Source: Hydrolagus affinis
Taxonomy: Eukaryota
Assembly (NCBI GenBank): GCA_012026655.1
Contig: JAAILG010000780.1
Location: 1-64,000, forward strand
Reading direction: 5' to 3'
DNA: 64,000 bases
Shown: piece after piece, positions 12,001 to 24,400 of the stretch
Layout of the letters: each line of letters begins with the position of its first letter
Position numbering within the stretch: the first letter of the stretch is position 1
Position numbers and translations under genes: made by a program
Notes under the pieces: generated by a model
What the model saw: the letters and a program-made list of their open reading frames with translations, nothing else
What the model was told of the DNA's origin: nothing
Database searches by the model: none

Positions 12001-14822
12001 CTGTTACTGTAGTAAATGCAGCAATTTCCTGCTGAAATAGGACTAAAATATTTGCCATATATTAAATGGGGGAGCAAACAGAACGGTTTTCTGTTCCTGT
12101 GTACGTGTGTCGGGAGCACCTTGTCCTCCTGACATGAAAAGCACTATACAAATGCAATTTTGTCATTGTCTCTTGGTTCATGTTGTATGTGTTCTCTGTG
12201 TATAAAGTCTTTATACTTTTCTGTTGTGTGTGCATGTATTACATGCATGTGTTTGTGTGTGTATTACATGAGTGTGTTAGGTGTGCATGATGTGTTTATG
12301 TTATATCTGTATGCATATCATGTGTGTGTTGTGTGTGTTACATGCATGTATTGTGGCCATTTGTTGTGTGTGCCCGTGTATTACATGTGCTGTGTATGGA
12401 TCTGAGTGGACCTGAGTGTACTGTGTATGTGAGTGGATTATGTGTGTTGTGCATATGTGTTGTGTGCGCATTTGTGTTGTGTGCATGTGTTACATGTGTG
12501 TGTTGTTCTCTGAAGATTGAGAAGTTTTGGGCTGAGAAGAATCGGGAGATAAATGTGCCTCCAAGTGCAGAGGTTGAAGAGGAGCCACAGAAACCAGCCA
12601 TTGACCCACTTGACACATATGAGAACCTGAGCTTCCCACTGCGGCATAACCTCTTTCCAGGTATTCAGGGAGTAGGGTCGGGAGCTTAGGGACACATCAT
12701 GGAGGCCACTGAGACCGGGACCATAACAACATAATAATGCTTAATAGTTCTTGCATCTGATACAGTGCCTTATCATGTCTTTGAGATGTCTCAAAGTGCT
12801 TCATAGCATATACTATAAAGTGTAGTGGCCTTGTCCGTGATGCACACTCCAGAGATGTCTAGGCCATGGATCATGACAAGGTCAAGGGGAGATGACACGA
12901 GGAATTATCCGTTGGGAGTGATCTACGGTGGCTTGAACATCAACAGCACTTGAGATAACCCATCACCTCCCATCACCCAAAAAGCGCAAAATGGCACTTT
13001 TTATTTAAACCAGTTTCTAGGCAATTTGTGGACAAATGCCTTCGACACAGGTATTTGTCACGGTTATGGGTCCAGAAATTAATATGGTGGGTGAGGGTTA
13101 GGGTGGAGAGGAGGGCAGTGAAGTCAGAGGAGATGGGGCAGGAGGAGATGAGGTGATGGTTGAAATCGCCCACGATGAACAGGCGTTCAGTGCAGAGGGA
13201 CAGGGATGAGAGGAGACAGAAGATATCCTTGAGGAAGGAGCTAGTAGGTTTGGGTGGGAGGGGGTGATAAACTAGAGGAATTTTGAGGCAGAGAGAGAAG
13301 GAATGGTAAAGAGTGAGGTGCTCAAATATGAAATGGAATAACTATATTTTGTCTGCGAAACGCAGCAGCCAATTGTACACAGCAATGTTGAACAGTCGTG
13401 GATTGAGTGACCACATTTTTTTTTCAACACATGCAGGTGACTTGTGAAATCGTTGAGAAGAGAATCAGTATAACAACAACACCAATAACAAAACTACAGT
13501 TATAGAGCAAATTTCACGTGACGGGAGGACATATAAAGGGTTTTTTCAGAAAATAACTCAAATGGGTTTGGAGCGCACAGCTCTGTGATAGGGATTGGGA
13601 TGACATGGATGTAACTCTATGTGCTACAGGAGCTCCTATCAAGTGGAAGAGCATGGCGAGAGACACATATACAGAGGAGGTGCACCATCGATTTCAAATA
13701 GACATGGACCACTGGCATGGCAGGCGCACAGATGAGCTGGGTATGTAAGCGCAGTGAGGTTGCTGGAAAATTAAATGAAGCTGGTTTCTCTCTTCTGTGT
13801 CTCTGTTCCTTTCCCTCGCTCTACTCAAGCTGCTGTTCAGGAGCTGGGCTGTGTTGCTGCCCTCTAACCTTAGAGCCGGTGTCTATGCCAGATTCCTTAT
13901 GAACACTTCGCTTGGCTCTGTTTGCTGTGTAGCCAATCCTTAATATATGGGTTCATAATAGATTCCTCACTGGATACTACACATGGGTATTTGGACCATT
14001 AACTGGAGTTAGTGTGAGTTTGCCCATAACCCTCAGTGTGCCACTAGCTCTCTGTACCTTCCCTTTCGGGAGGTATTGGATTAGGAAAGACTTGTATTCC
14101 TGTGTTTGGACTTCAGGACCTGAAAGTGACTAAATTACTGAACAAACTAACAGTAAATCGGATTTAGTCTTTTGATGTGGAGAAACTGAGGATACTGATT
14201 TTAAATAGTTAAAAGAAACAACAACAACAAAATTACACTTGAGAGTTGTTCGGGTCTGGAATGCATTGCCTGAAAGGGTGGTGGATGCTAATTCAATACC
14301 AACTTTTAAGAGTGAAGTAGATAGTTATTTGGGGAGGACAAATTTGCCGGACTATGGGGAAAGTGTGGGGGAAGGGGATTGATTTAGACAGCTCGTTTCA
14401 AAGAGCTGGCATGAGCGCAATGAGCCAAATTGCCTTCTGCTGTGCTGTATAATTCTATGATCTTATGTGCTGGTTGGAACAGCTGTAAGAGATGGACAGG
14501 AGGAGAGGATTCTGCTCTGTGTGCGTGCGTGGGACAGAGAGTTTAGGAACTCCTTGGAAATTGAGGATGTAAAAATAATTATCCTTGCATTTGTTATAGC
14601 ACCTTATCAACAACAACAACAAAATTACACTTGTATAGCGCCTTTCACATCAGGAGGACGTCCCACAAGACGTCTCATAGCTCTTATAGTTTGCCCTCCA
14701 TACTTCTCGCTTCACTAGCCAAAGCCTTTTGTCTTTGTCTTTCAGGTCAATGGGTTGAGAAGAACATCATCAATGAGAGGATGAAGAAAGCCCTGGGGGA
14801 GCTGAGGAAAGGAAAGAACTGA
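9099..14822 (+). CDS. TEX33: Testis-expressed protein 33 / ciliary microtubule inner protein 4 (CIMIP4)-like
   Basis: Well-supported exons: 11579-11976 (SVIPNNIKHKFGSKIVNELL), 12516-12660 (YENLSFPLRHNLFP), 13630-13740 (KSMARDTYTEEV...DHWHGRRTDEL) and 14746-14822 (GQWVEKNIINERMKKALGE..stop). All are GT-AG and phase-consistent, matching recalled human TEX33 motifs IIPNNIRHKFGS, YYDLGYNMRSNLF, HWHGRKTDDLGRW. The 5' exons 9099-9147 (MQENPKNVPAKCLTLP) and about 10606(or 10336)-10707 are phase-compatible but less certain. AATAAA at 15067-15072. Confidence 0.85.
9488..9800 (+). mobile_element. near full-length tRNA-derived SINE with (TTA)n tail
   Basis: Head tcctgtagcttagtgattggaac..gcaagcgagag, body ttggtcactcaatccatga..cgcccacaaaatacacagtca, tail caaatgctaggattattattattatt. 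Confidence 0.85.
9830..10130 (-). mobile_element. L2 LINE 3' fragment
   Basis: acaacaacacaattacacttgtacaatgccttacacgtcaggaggacatcccaaggc is the reverse of the L2 tail; SSFKSCLKILFF on the minus strand. Confidence 0.8.
10780..11230 (-). mobile_element. CR1-type LINE 3' fragment
   Basis: atcatagaattttacagcacagatggaggctattcagcccatc...tatctatccaattcccctttgaaa...ttccagaccataacactct is the reversed 3' end typical of fish CR1 elements. Confidence 0.7.
12180..12505. repeat. TG-rich low-complexity tract (TEX33-like intron)
   Basis: Degenerate tgtgtg/catgtg repeats directly upstream of the 12516 acceptor. Confidence 0.85.
12955..13330 (-). mobile_element. L2 LINE ORF2 endonuclease-region fragment
   Basis: Minus strand translates as IVGDFNHHL...FTALLSTLTLTHHINFWTH, containing the APE endonuclease GDFN motif. 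Confidence 0.7.
14240..14465 (+). mobile_element. CR1 LINE 3' end
   Basis: gagagttgttcgggtctggaatgcattgcctgaaagggtggtggatgc...tttaagagtgaagtagatag...ctgtataattctatga (RVVRVWNALPERVVDA). Confidence 0.75.
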
Positions 14823-15060
14823 GGCTTTCTGAGCCTCCTCCAACCCTCTACCCAAACACAACCCTCCCTAACTCCCCTCCTCAATTCCCTTCCCTAACCT
14901 CCTCTGTCCTCGACACCTCTCTAAACTCTCCCTCTCCTCATCTGCCCTCCCAAACCTCCTCGCTCACTGCCCACTGCAAACCCCCCTCCCTCAACTGCCC
15001 TCCCCATCCCTCTCCCCAACAGCGCCTTCCTCAAACCCCCTCCTCAGCCCCCCTCCCCAC

Positions 15061-15827
15061 CTAATGAATAAAACATTGAAAAAAACAAAGTGTAGAAATC
15101 ATTCCATTGTGGATCCTTTCACTACCTCTGAGCAACATGCACCATTTCAATCACAGATCTTGTTTGTATGTTGTTTGTTAATGCATTTGCATTTAGAAAA
15201 ATAAATGAACAATGGGAAGGTAAATAATGGTCTCTTCTGTGTGTTTCTTATTCAGATGTTTAATTTAAAAGATATCTTTACACTTTGGTTATGGTCTCTC
15301 ATCTTGGCATGACTTATTTTTGTACCATTCATCTTGGATAAAGCTTAGAATTGTTACTGTGGAGGTGATTTGGAAGATAAAAACCCCTCTACGGAGAGTA
15401 GTCCAGCTGGCCAATTCTTTCCAATGATTGAAGTGCTTTCAAGAATCTCGAAGATAATAAACCCTCAAAAAAAAATCAATAATAATTTGGTCACTCAATG
15501 TACGACTCTAGGTCAATTGGCTGGTGCGTTTCGCCCACAAATATACAGTCAATTTGCTGCGCAGTATATTCTGCTTTGAGACATCTACAAAGCATGAAAA
15601 GTACTATATCAATTGCAAGGATTATTACTGTACTGAACGTGAGGTCGATGCTTGCACAGATAGTGGTGATTTGGGCCAGATGCTAGAAGGGTGACCAGGA
15701 ACCATTAATTGTAACCTAGAAGGCAGCAGGAAAATTGACTCACTAAAAGCTACAATTCAAGCTCAATAAGAGATTTTTTTTGTATTGATTAAAAAGAGAG
15801 ACAGACAGGGTAAGGTAGAAGATCCCA
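15061..15827 (+). repeat. diverged direct repeat, copy 2 (pairs with 7681-8355); contains a SINE 3' half at about 15480-15630
   Basis: Same ordered blocks as copy 1; begins at the TEX33-like poly(A) signal. Confidence 0.9.
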
Positions 15828-16249
15828 GCTACACCCTGTTCTTTGTCTCTGATTATAGCGACTGGTAGTCTTCACGTGTTATTAATGGACATTTGTGCTC
15901 CTCTTCTTCCACTCTTTCTCTTTTATCCCTTCTCCACACTAAATCTCTTCCCTGATTCTGAAAAGCTTGTTGTTCACAATGTAAGTGGGTTTTTTTAGGG
16001 CATGGAATTCCTTTTGTAAATGGATTCTAAAAAGGAATTGGATAAATATTTGGAGAAGACAGATAAGGGGAAAATTTCACTAGAAATGACTTATTGCTTA
16101 TAAATTCTTGATGGTTACCTTAACCTCCAGAACTGCAATGCTGTATTATAAAACTGCCAATTCTGTGTATGCCATAAATAGACAATGAGGGCCCAAACTC
16201 ACTCCACTTTGTGTCTTAACATTGCATCAACTTGCATTTCTATCACACC

Positions 16250-16780
16250 TTGTAGCATACTATGCATATAACAACTTGCTCAGCTCCACCCTGCTCATCG
16301 ATCTTCACTCTTCCCTTTGCAAAATGCAAATTATCCAGAACTCTGTAGCTTATGTCCTCTCCCGCACCAGGTTCTGTGACCCTATCACTCCCACACTCGC
16401 CTGGCTCCCCATTCCTCAGAGAATAGAGTGCAAAATCCTCACCCTCAAGGCCCTCCATGGCCTTGTCTCCTCCTACCTCTCTGACCCGCTGACCCCCTAT
16501 CAACCTGCCTGCTCTCCATTCAGGATGATCCGGCCTGTTTAATATCTCCCACCTTTCCCGACCCCACCATTGGTGGTCAGGCTTTCAGCCTCTCTGACCT
16601 CACCCTTTGGAACTCCATCCCACAATCCCCTCGTCTGGTTCCCTCCTTTACCTCCTTCATGATAAGACTCAAAACCCTCCTCTTTGATTGTGCCTTTGGC
16701 CACCCTACACCCTCCCTGATCCCAAGCATCCTCTGCTCAGGTCCTTAGCCCTGACTGCTCAGCACTTTGAGGACATCTTT
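16250..16780 (+). mobile_element. L2 LINE 3' fragment
   Basis: KMQIIQNSVAYVLSRTRFCDPITPTLAWLPIPQRIECKIL, L2 ORF2 C-terminal region. Confidence 0.8.
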
Positions 16781-17419
16781 CAAAAATAATAGTTTGAATT
16801 CACTTTTCCTGTTTATTGCTATATATTCCAACCCTTGCATTTGTTACAGCAGCTTTTAGAGCAGAAGCATGTCTCAAAGTAGGATTTTACTGAAAAGTGT
16901 AGTGATTGTGTATTTTGTTGGCAAATGCAGCTGCCAATTTTGGCACAGCAATGTGCCTAAATAGCCATAAAATGAATGAGCAATTTTATCTGGGGGATAG
17001 TTGGTCAGCCAATTCAGAAGAAACTCCCGTTTCTTTTCCAATAATGCTTTGAAATCGTTAACATCCATCTCAACAAACATATGACCTGGATTTAACATCT
17101 CATCCAAAGCACCGCATCTCTGACAATGGAGCAGATTCCAAGCACTCTGTTGCGAGTGTCAGCTTCGACTGAATTCACAGTATAGGTTTTGTTTAAGTTA
17201 TTTCGGAGAGGTGAGTGAGTAAAGAGATAAATCAGCAAGGTTCAACAGCTTCAAGCAGCTGAGTTAACACAGTTCAAATGGTAATATTACTAATGTGTCA
17301 AAGGTTCAACCAGTAGTGACTCAGCAGTTCCTCCCAAATTATGTCACTAGAAGAGTATGCAGTGAGATTATTAAGATAATTTTTCTTCACATTCTAATTC
17401 TTTAGAAACGTGGAACCTA

Positions 17420-17575
17420 CAGCACTGGTTGAGTGCTGCATTGTCAGAGCTGCCCTCCTTCGGATGAGACATCAAACCCAGGTCAGATCTACCTTTTCAG
17501 GTGGATGTTAAAGATCCCATGGCACTATTTCAAAACAGTAAAATGTCTCCTGAATGTCTTGGCCAACAATCCTTC
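17420..17575 (+). mobile_element. DeuSINE (AmnSINE/SacSINE-like) central domain fragment
   Basis: gtgctgcattgtcagag..ccttcggatgagacatcaaaccca..caggtggatgttaaagatcccatggcactattt. Related reverse copies near 17000-17140, 20140-20260, 50740-50990 and 58130-58380. Confidence 0.65.
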
Positions 17576-18217
17576 AGACAAAACTCCCCACCTCTCTGCA
17601 GAGTCACATACAGGGATCAAATAGTTTCAATTCCCATATTTTATAAGGAATATGAATTGGGAACATGTGGACTTTTAGAAAGCAGAGGCACAACACATTG
17701 ACTAGAAAAACTCAGCATCTACTTTCAGAGCAAAGGCCCCACTAGTCAAGGGGAATCATTTTGAAGGAGATAAGATACTGATACAAATGATCGTGAATGT
17801 CTGTGGCACAAATTAAAGTCAGTGTTGAAACTTATGTCCCAGCTTGCTCATAGCTTTCTCACACCTGACAACGTAATTGTCAGTCCACTGCAGCAATTAC
17901 ACTATTTGCCACGGCGAGTGCAAAGGTTTATTTAAATTTTCTCCACTCCTCTTATCGAGTCACTGACTTGTGATTGGGATACAGTCCATAAGCTGTAGTG
18001 GTCTCAAGTATCCAAGTACCCATTCCATCCATATGATCCTGAGCAACAAACCTCATCATAGCTCAGGGATATGGAACCAACACCCCCGCTCAGATCCGTA
18101 ACCATTGGCAGTCAGGCTTTCAGCCAAGAAGAGCAATTGCCCATCAAGGAAGTTCACCAATTGGTATTATCGCAGGATTTGCATGAAGATCATGAAGTGA
18201 ATGGTTGCAGTTGAGTG

Positions 18218-18223
18218 TTTATT
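18218..18223 (-). promoter_or_regulatory. candidate poly(A) signal of tubby-like gene
   Basis: AATAAA on the minus strand about 270 nt downstream of the TGA at 18493. Confidence 0.5.
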
Positions 18224-18492
18224 GCGGTCTAATCTGTGCTGATTTCTAACGACATTCCTTCGAAAGGACTAGGCGGCAAACGGTGAGATAACCAAAAGTA
18301 CGGCAAACAGACCTATGCAAACACAACTCTGTAAACAAAGTGGAGAGTCGGAGCAGAGTTCCTGTGGGTAATTGTGGTCTAATTCCACTTACCAGAAGGA
18401 ATCTCCATTTGAGATTTGGAACCATGTCAGTAAATTGTAAACCGTCATCTTTCAATGAAGATCGGAGATTGCTGCAATATTTAGAGTCAACT

Positions 18493-21400
18493 TCAGTCGC
18501 ACAGCAGCTTGGAATCGAAATTGGACAGGACAATACCGAAGGCTTGGAGAGCACAAAAGGGATAGCGATAGTCCATACTAAACTCATTCTCAGCAACCTT
18601 TCCAAATTGCATCAGAATATTATTCGCTAAAGTGAGAAACAAGAGGAAGTGTAAGTCACAGTTCAAAATCCATCTGTACATTGGCAACAGTTTCAGTGAA
18701 TCCACCTGAGAATCACTGTGTAAACATGCTTACTGCTGTTTGAACAGTACGTTACAAAGGACTTGCCCAGCTCTGTCTCTGACTTAGTGACTTGTTCGTG
18801 AGTTTGGGGCCGCAGGCCATCCACCACTCCCATCAGTTCCATGCACTTTGGATTTGAATTTTCTCTGTCCTTGCCCATACTGTTGATATGAGATATGACA
18901 GCTCTCATATCAACAGTGAATGAAGCAACAGAGTGAAGTATGCACAAATATTTGAGTTTATGCAGTGCTTTTCACATCAGGAGGATATCACAAGGCACTG
19001 GACTATTGGGTCTGGATTTGGGAGGAGAAAAAGATGACAACAACAATGATTTTAATTTATATAGCGCCCTCTATGCCAGACGGCGTCTCAGAGTGCTTCA
19101 TAATAAAGGATCCCAAAGGCTTGGTCAAAGAGGAAGGTCTTGAGACAGACGTTGAGGGAGATGAGGGAAGCAAATGAGGTGAATGGACTCTGAGATAAGA
19201 GTTCAAAAGAGTGAAAGCAGATAGGCTAAAAGCCTGACTGCCAATGGTGGGTTGGGCAAGAGGTATGAAGCAAGCCAAAGGAGACAATTATATTAGATTG
19301 TGGCAGATCTTTCAATCCCACATTTTTTCCATCATCCTTCAATAAAAGTCAAGTAATAGCTATGTTTAATGGGAAGAGCCCCTTTTGAGACATCCTCTCT
19401 TTATACAGAGATTGTCCAACGCACGGTATCATCCTCCTGAATTGACACTGCACCCATCTCATATTCACCACTTCACTCACGTTCTGAGTGCTGGATTATC
19501 TGGAAGTTTTTCACCGATGGTTTCTTAACCCGGCCCTGGAAGTTGAGGATGAATCCTTTGGCCTTGTTGTTCCATATGGGAGGATTATTGTGGAGTTCCA
19601 GGAGCCCTTGTCGATACTGTGCTCGCCACCTGCTGAGAATGCTCTCACTCGCCTATTAAAAGAGGTTACATTTTCTTCAGTAAAGCAAATTGTATTCAAA
19701 TATCTGTGACACAAAAATGAACTGGATGTGACTGAACTTTCACTGGCCACAGTTTTTCTGACAGTGGAGCATTTCATTGCATTTGCAATGTGAACTGTTC
19801 CCAACATGTCCCCTTCCTGAACTGAACAACCACCCACTCCCATCTCCAGTTCTCCCATATCATCTTATGGTTACTTCTCACATGTTACACACCACTGCAG
19901 CACATCAAAAGGATTGCGACTGACTCTGTGGCCAGCCACTTAATCAAGCAAAGTCCCATAAAAAGCCATAATAATATTGTGATAATAATAATCCTTACAT
20001 TTGGTATAACGACTTTCACGACGGAAAAGTGCATCACAGGATATATTGTAAAGTGGTGTGACTGTATGTTTTATGAGCAAACACTGCAGCCAATTTGTGC
20101 ACAGCAATATCCTGCAAAGCCATCAAGAAACTGACTAATATCATCTGGGGGATTGGTAGTCAGGAGACTTGGAGAAACTCCCTTATCCTGCACCATGGGT
20201 TCTTTAACATCCAACTGAACAGGCAAACATATTTCTCATCAGAAGAACAGCACCTGCAATGATGTGACCTTCCCCAGAGGGTTTATGAGGCACTGGACTT
20301 TCCTTTTATAATAATGCTGCTGCATTTGATATTGTGGAGTATCACCGTCATTGTGACGTCTCAAAGCGCTTCACAGGATATACTGTAAAGTTTGCAGCTA
20401 TGTATATTGTGAGTGAACTTTCCTTTAAGTAGCTGAATAAAGAGGGATTTTTAATGAGAGGATTAATGCCACAGGCCTTTCTTTTGGTGATTATTCCACT
20501 CACATTAAAATTATCTTCTTATCAACTGAGTATCCTCAAAAAATTGTGGCAGAGATGAAACAAGTCACATTTTTAAAAAATATATACAAGTTGATCTTAC
20601 AAGGTACATAGTTAGCCAAGAAACGTGATCAGTATTTAGGGTTCAATTGATTAACAGCTAAATATTTTCCTTACATCCCGAGGTTGGACTGCGATCCGCT
20701 TCCTTGTCTCATCCATTCCCGGAAGGATCACAGTGATTTTTCGAGGTCCTTGGAATCCAAACACATTTACATCCTGGTAGACACAAACAAACAACAGTGT
20801 ATTGAGAGATTAGTATTCTTTCACACTATACCGACTGAGCAGCCAGTGTGCTATAATGCATCTTGCAACTTTGTTCTTTAAAATATCTCCAATTTTCCTT
20901 CCCTTCTAAATTCCACTAACCCTAAAAGAAAAAAAGTATGCCAACGTCTTTTTTTAAAAAAAACAAAGGCACGCATGCCCCTTTAAATAAAAACCCTGAA
21001 GCACATGAACACCTATCTATTTAGACTTACATAGCATATTGCAGCAAGTTCCTGGCGAATCTGGTTCCTGGAAAGCAGGTCGGTTCTTAAAGGGTTTTGG
21101 CCTTTGTCATACAGAGTGAAAGCAGTCCCTCCTGCATTAGCTCTTAGCAAATAGAGAGATACAAGGCTGTGTTAGTGACAGAACCCGACAGCACATTTAA
21201 AACAGCACAACAGAAGTCAATTGATGGGACACAGATCACAAGCCCTGGAGAAAGTAGAAGTTGAGCTTTTGCACCAACACAACTTTTGGACAGGACAAGT
21301 TTGAAAGGTGCTAAACAAATGTAATTTTGTGGCAGTTGTTGGATGCCTGGAAGGAAGAGACTTTCAAGGGAAAGCAAAACGCTGAGGCTATTTCCTAGCT

Positions 21401-24400
21401 GTGACCAAACATTCAAAAAGTTGACGTTCCTTTCGAAATTTAGCAGCACCTTTTTTTGTGAAAAAGCATGATTGGTAATGATGTGGCTCTGATCCCTGGT
21501 GAGCAGAGTACAGTGGAGTGGTCGATGTGAGGATACTATTTCATCATTAATCACAGTCGTGTTGGCAGGAGACGTTATGACTAACAACAACAACAACTTC
21601 GATTTATATAGCGCCCTCCACGCCGGACAGCGTCTCAGATGAGCCAGGGGCAGGGGTAGAAAGGTGACCAAAGGCGCGGTCGAAAACAAAGGTCTTCAGC
21701 TGTGACCTGAAGCTGAGAAAAGAGGGGGCGGAGGCGAAGGGAGTGAGAAAGGGAATTTCAGAGCCTCGGGGAGTAGTGGCTGAAGGCACGGACGCCGAGG
21801 GTGGAGCGGAGGATTCGGGGGACATGGAGGAGGCCAGACCCAGTGGAGTGAAGGCAGCGGGTGCTGGTTTGAGGAGAGAGGGGATAAGAGAGGTAAAGGG
21901 GTGCAGAGGAGTGGAAGGATTTGAAGACAAGGGTGAGGATCTTGAAGTCTATCCTCTCTGGGATAGGGAGCCAGTGAAGTCTGGTAAGGACTGGGAAAAT
22001 GGGGGAGCGAAGTTTGGTGTGCGTGAGAACGTGGGCGGCAGAGTTCTGAATGAGCTGGACTCTGTGGATTGTGGAGGAGGGGAGACCGGCGAGGAGGGCA
22101 TTGGAATACTAAAGGCCATTGCAATAAGAATGTCTCTTCTAACTTAGTAGAAACTTAGTCTGTCTTGAGCAGTTTTGCTGCTAGCATTGCTGGTGTCAGG
22201 CATGTGATGTGGAACGACTGCCACTGTTCTGTCCAGAACTGTGTTTGTAGAATCCTACAGGGAATTGTTTAGCACGTTCATCTCGTGCTTTCCACGATTT
22301 CTAGATGCCTCAAAACGCGTCGCAGAATATACTATAAAATGAATTGACTGTATATTCGTGAGCGAAATGCAGCAGCCAATTGTGCGCAGCAGTGTCCCAC
22401 AAACAGTCGTGGATTAAGTGACCAAATTTTTTGTTTTGAGAGAGATTTATTGTTAGGCATATAAAGTAAGGAAACTTTCCCAAATCAAACCCAGGTCTCT
22501 TGCTTGCGAGGCAAGTGCTCTAATCACTTAACTACAGAACTCCAAAATCTACAAAAATGCATTCAATCCATTGTACAATATATTCTGCATCAATGCAATG
22601 AGTTAATATTATTATTAATATATCACATGCCCAACAGAGCTGAGGTTTAGTGTGGTCTGGGACTCTGGGATGTCCTCCCAATGTGAAAGGCGCTATATAA
22701 GTGCAATTTTGTTGTTGTCCCAGCTGAAGACCTTTCTCTTCGACCGCGCGTTTGGTCACCTTTTTACCCCTGTCCCTGGCTCGGTCCCGGGATCCACTAT
22801 TTTGAAGCGCTCTGAGACACCGTCTGGCGTGGAGGACGCTATATAAATTGAAGTTGTTGTTGTCTGGATCAGATGCACTGGGTGCCGACTTACCGTAGTT
22901 TTCCGACAAATCCGGCTCCTTTCTTCGATTGATCTGTGGGATCGGTCGAGATGATGTAATTGGAAGTCTTGCTTTTCTTTCGTTTCCATCCAGTCAAGAG
23001 CAACATCTGTACAGAAATATAACAGAAATCAATCAGTGCACTTTGGCAGACACCAGAACACCCCCTGATGACAGACCTCCTAACACACTGGACCCACCCC
23101 CACTCCTCCACAACCCAGGTCTCTCACTTGCGAGGTGACTGCACATAATATAACCTAATAATAATCAGTCCCAAAAAAAACACAATAATAAAAATTGGTC
23201 ATTTCAATCCACGACTGTTTGTGAAACACTGCTGTGTACAATTGGCTGCCGTGTTTCGCCTACAAATATACAGTCAATTCATTTTACAGTATATTCTGTG
23301 AAGCATTTTGAGACGTTGATAAGATGTGAAAAGTGCTGTATCAAATGCAAGGATTATTCTTCTTATTATAACCACTGAGCTACAGTACTCAGTGAAAAGA
23401 TAAGGGTCGGTTTATTATTTTGTAAATTTCCTTACATTTCTATTTTGGGTGAAATGGTCTGGCGGACGGAACAAAATCAACAACAAAATTACATTTGTAT
23501 AATGCCTTTCAAGTCAGCAGGACATCTCAAGGCGCTGGACGTACAGTATTTTGGACCTGAGCTGGGGGTAGAAATCAGGGAGAGTGGAAGCGGTGGGGGA
23601 AGGAGGTTGATTGAAAGCTTCGTCAAAGAAGAGGGCCTTAAGTGGATCTTGAAGGAGGCAAGGAATGGGGCAAGGCGGTGGAACTGCAGGATGGAGTTTC
23701 AGAGGGTGGGGACAGAAATGGCTGAAGGGACGCCTGCCAATGGTGAGGCAGGCAACATGGGGGAAGAGAAGCAGACCAAAGCCTGCTGAGCGGAGGGAGC
23801 GAGCAGGTTGGTAGGGGATTAGGAGATCGCAGAACAGTAGAGCAAGGACTCTGTGTGATGGGAAGCCAGTGGAGTTGCGCAAGGATGGGGGTGATATGGT
23901 CACGTAGCCTGGTGCAGAAGAGAATATGGGTTGCAGAGTTCTGGATGATCTGCAGTCCATGGAGGGAAGAATTGGGGAGGCCAACAAGCAAGGAGTTTGC
24001 ATAGTCCAGCCTGAATGTTATGCATGAATATATGAGAGTTTTGGCAGCTGACAATGTAAGATAGTGGCCCCCAAGAGATGCCCTTCTGAAATGAGAGATG
24101 CTAAGTATTACTATTATCAGTATCAGATCCACATAACCACTGGTGTAACCACTGAAAGCTCAGGATACAACAAAAGTAAAGAAATTAATGGGTGCCAAAC
24201 ATACTTGTTCACTGCCTTCTCTTTCCAAATACAGGTAGTAAGTTGTCCGGAATAATTTTTTCCGTCTCTTGATCATGCATTGAATGATAGTGACTCTTCC
24301 TGCTGGGCACGACACAAACTCCTGCAGGCGATCAACAGTCAGTTCACATGGACCATCCAGATCCAGAAAAGCAGCTGTAGACTGAATTCGAGAGGAAAGA

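Noticed and set aside
12160-12505. Cys-rich ORFs
   Set aside because: Translations of a TG low-complexity intron tract; only 12516-12660 is a real exon.
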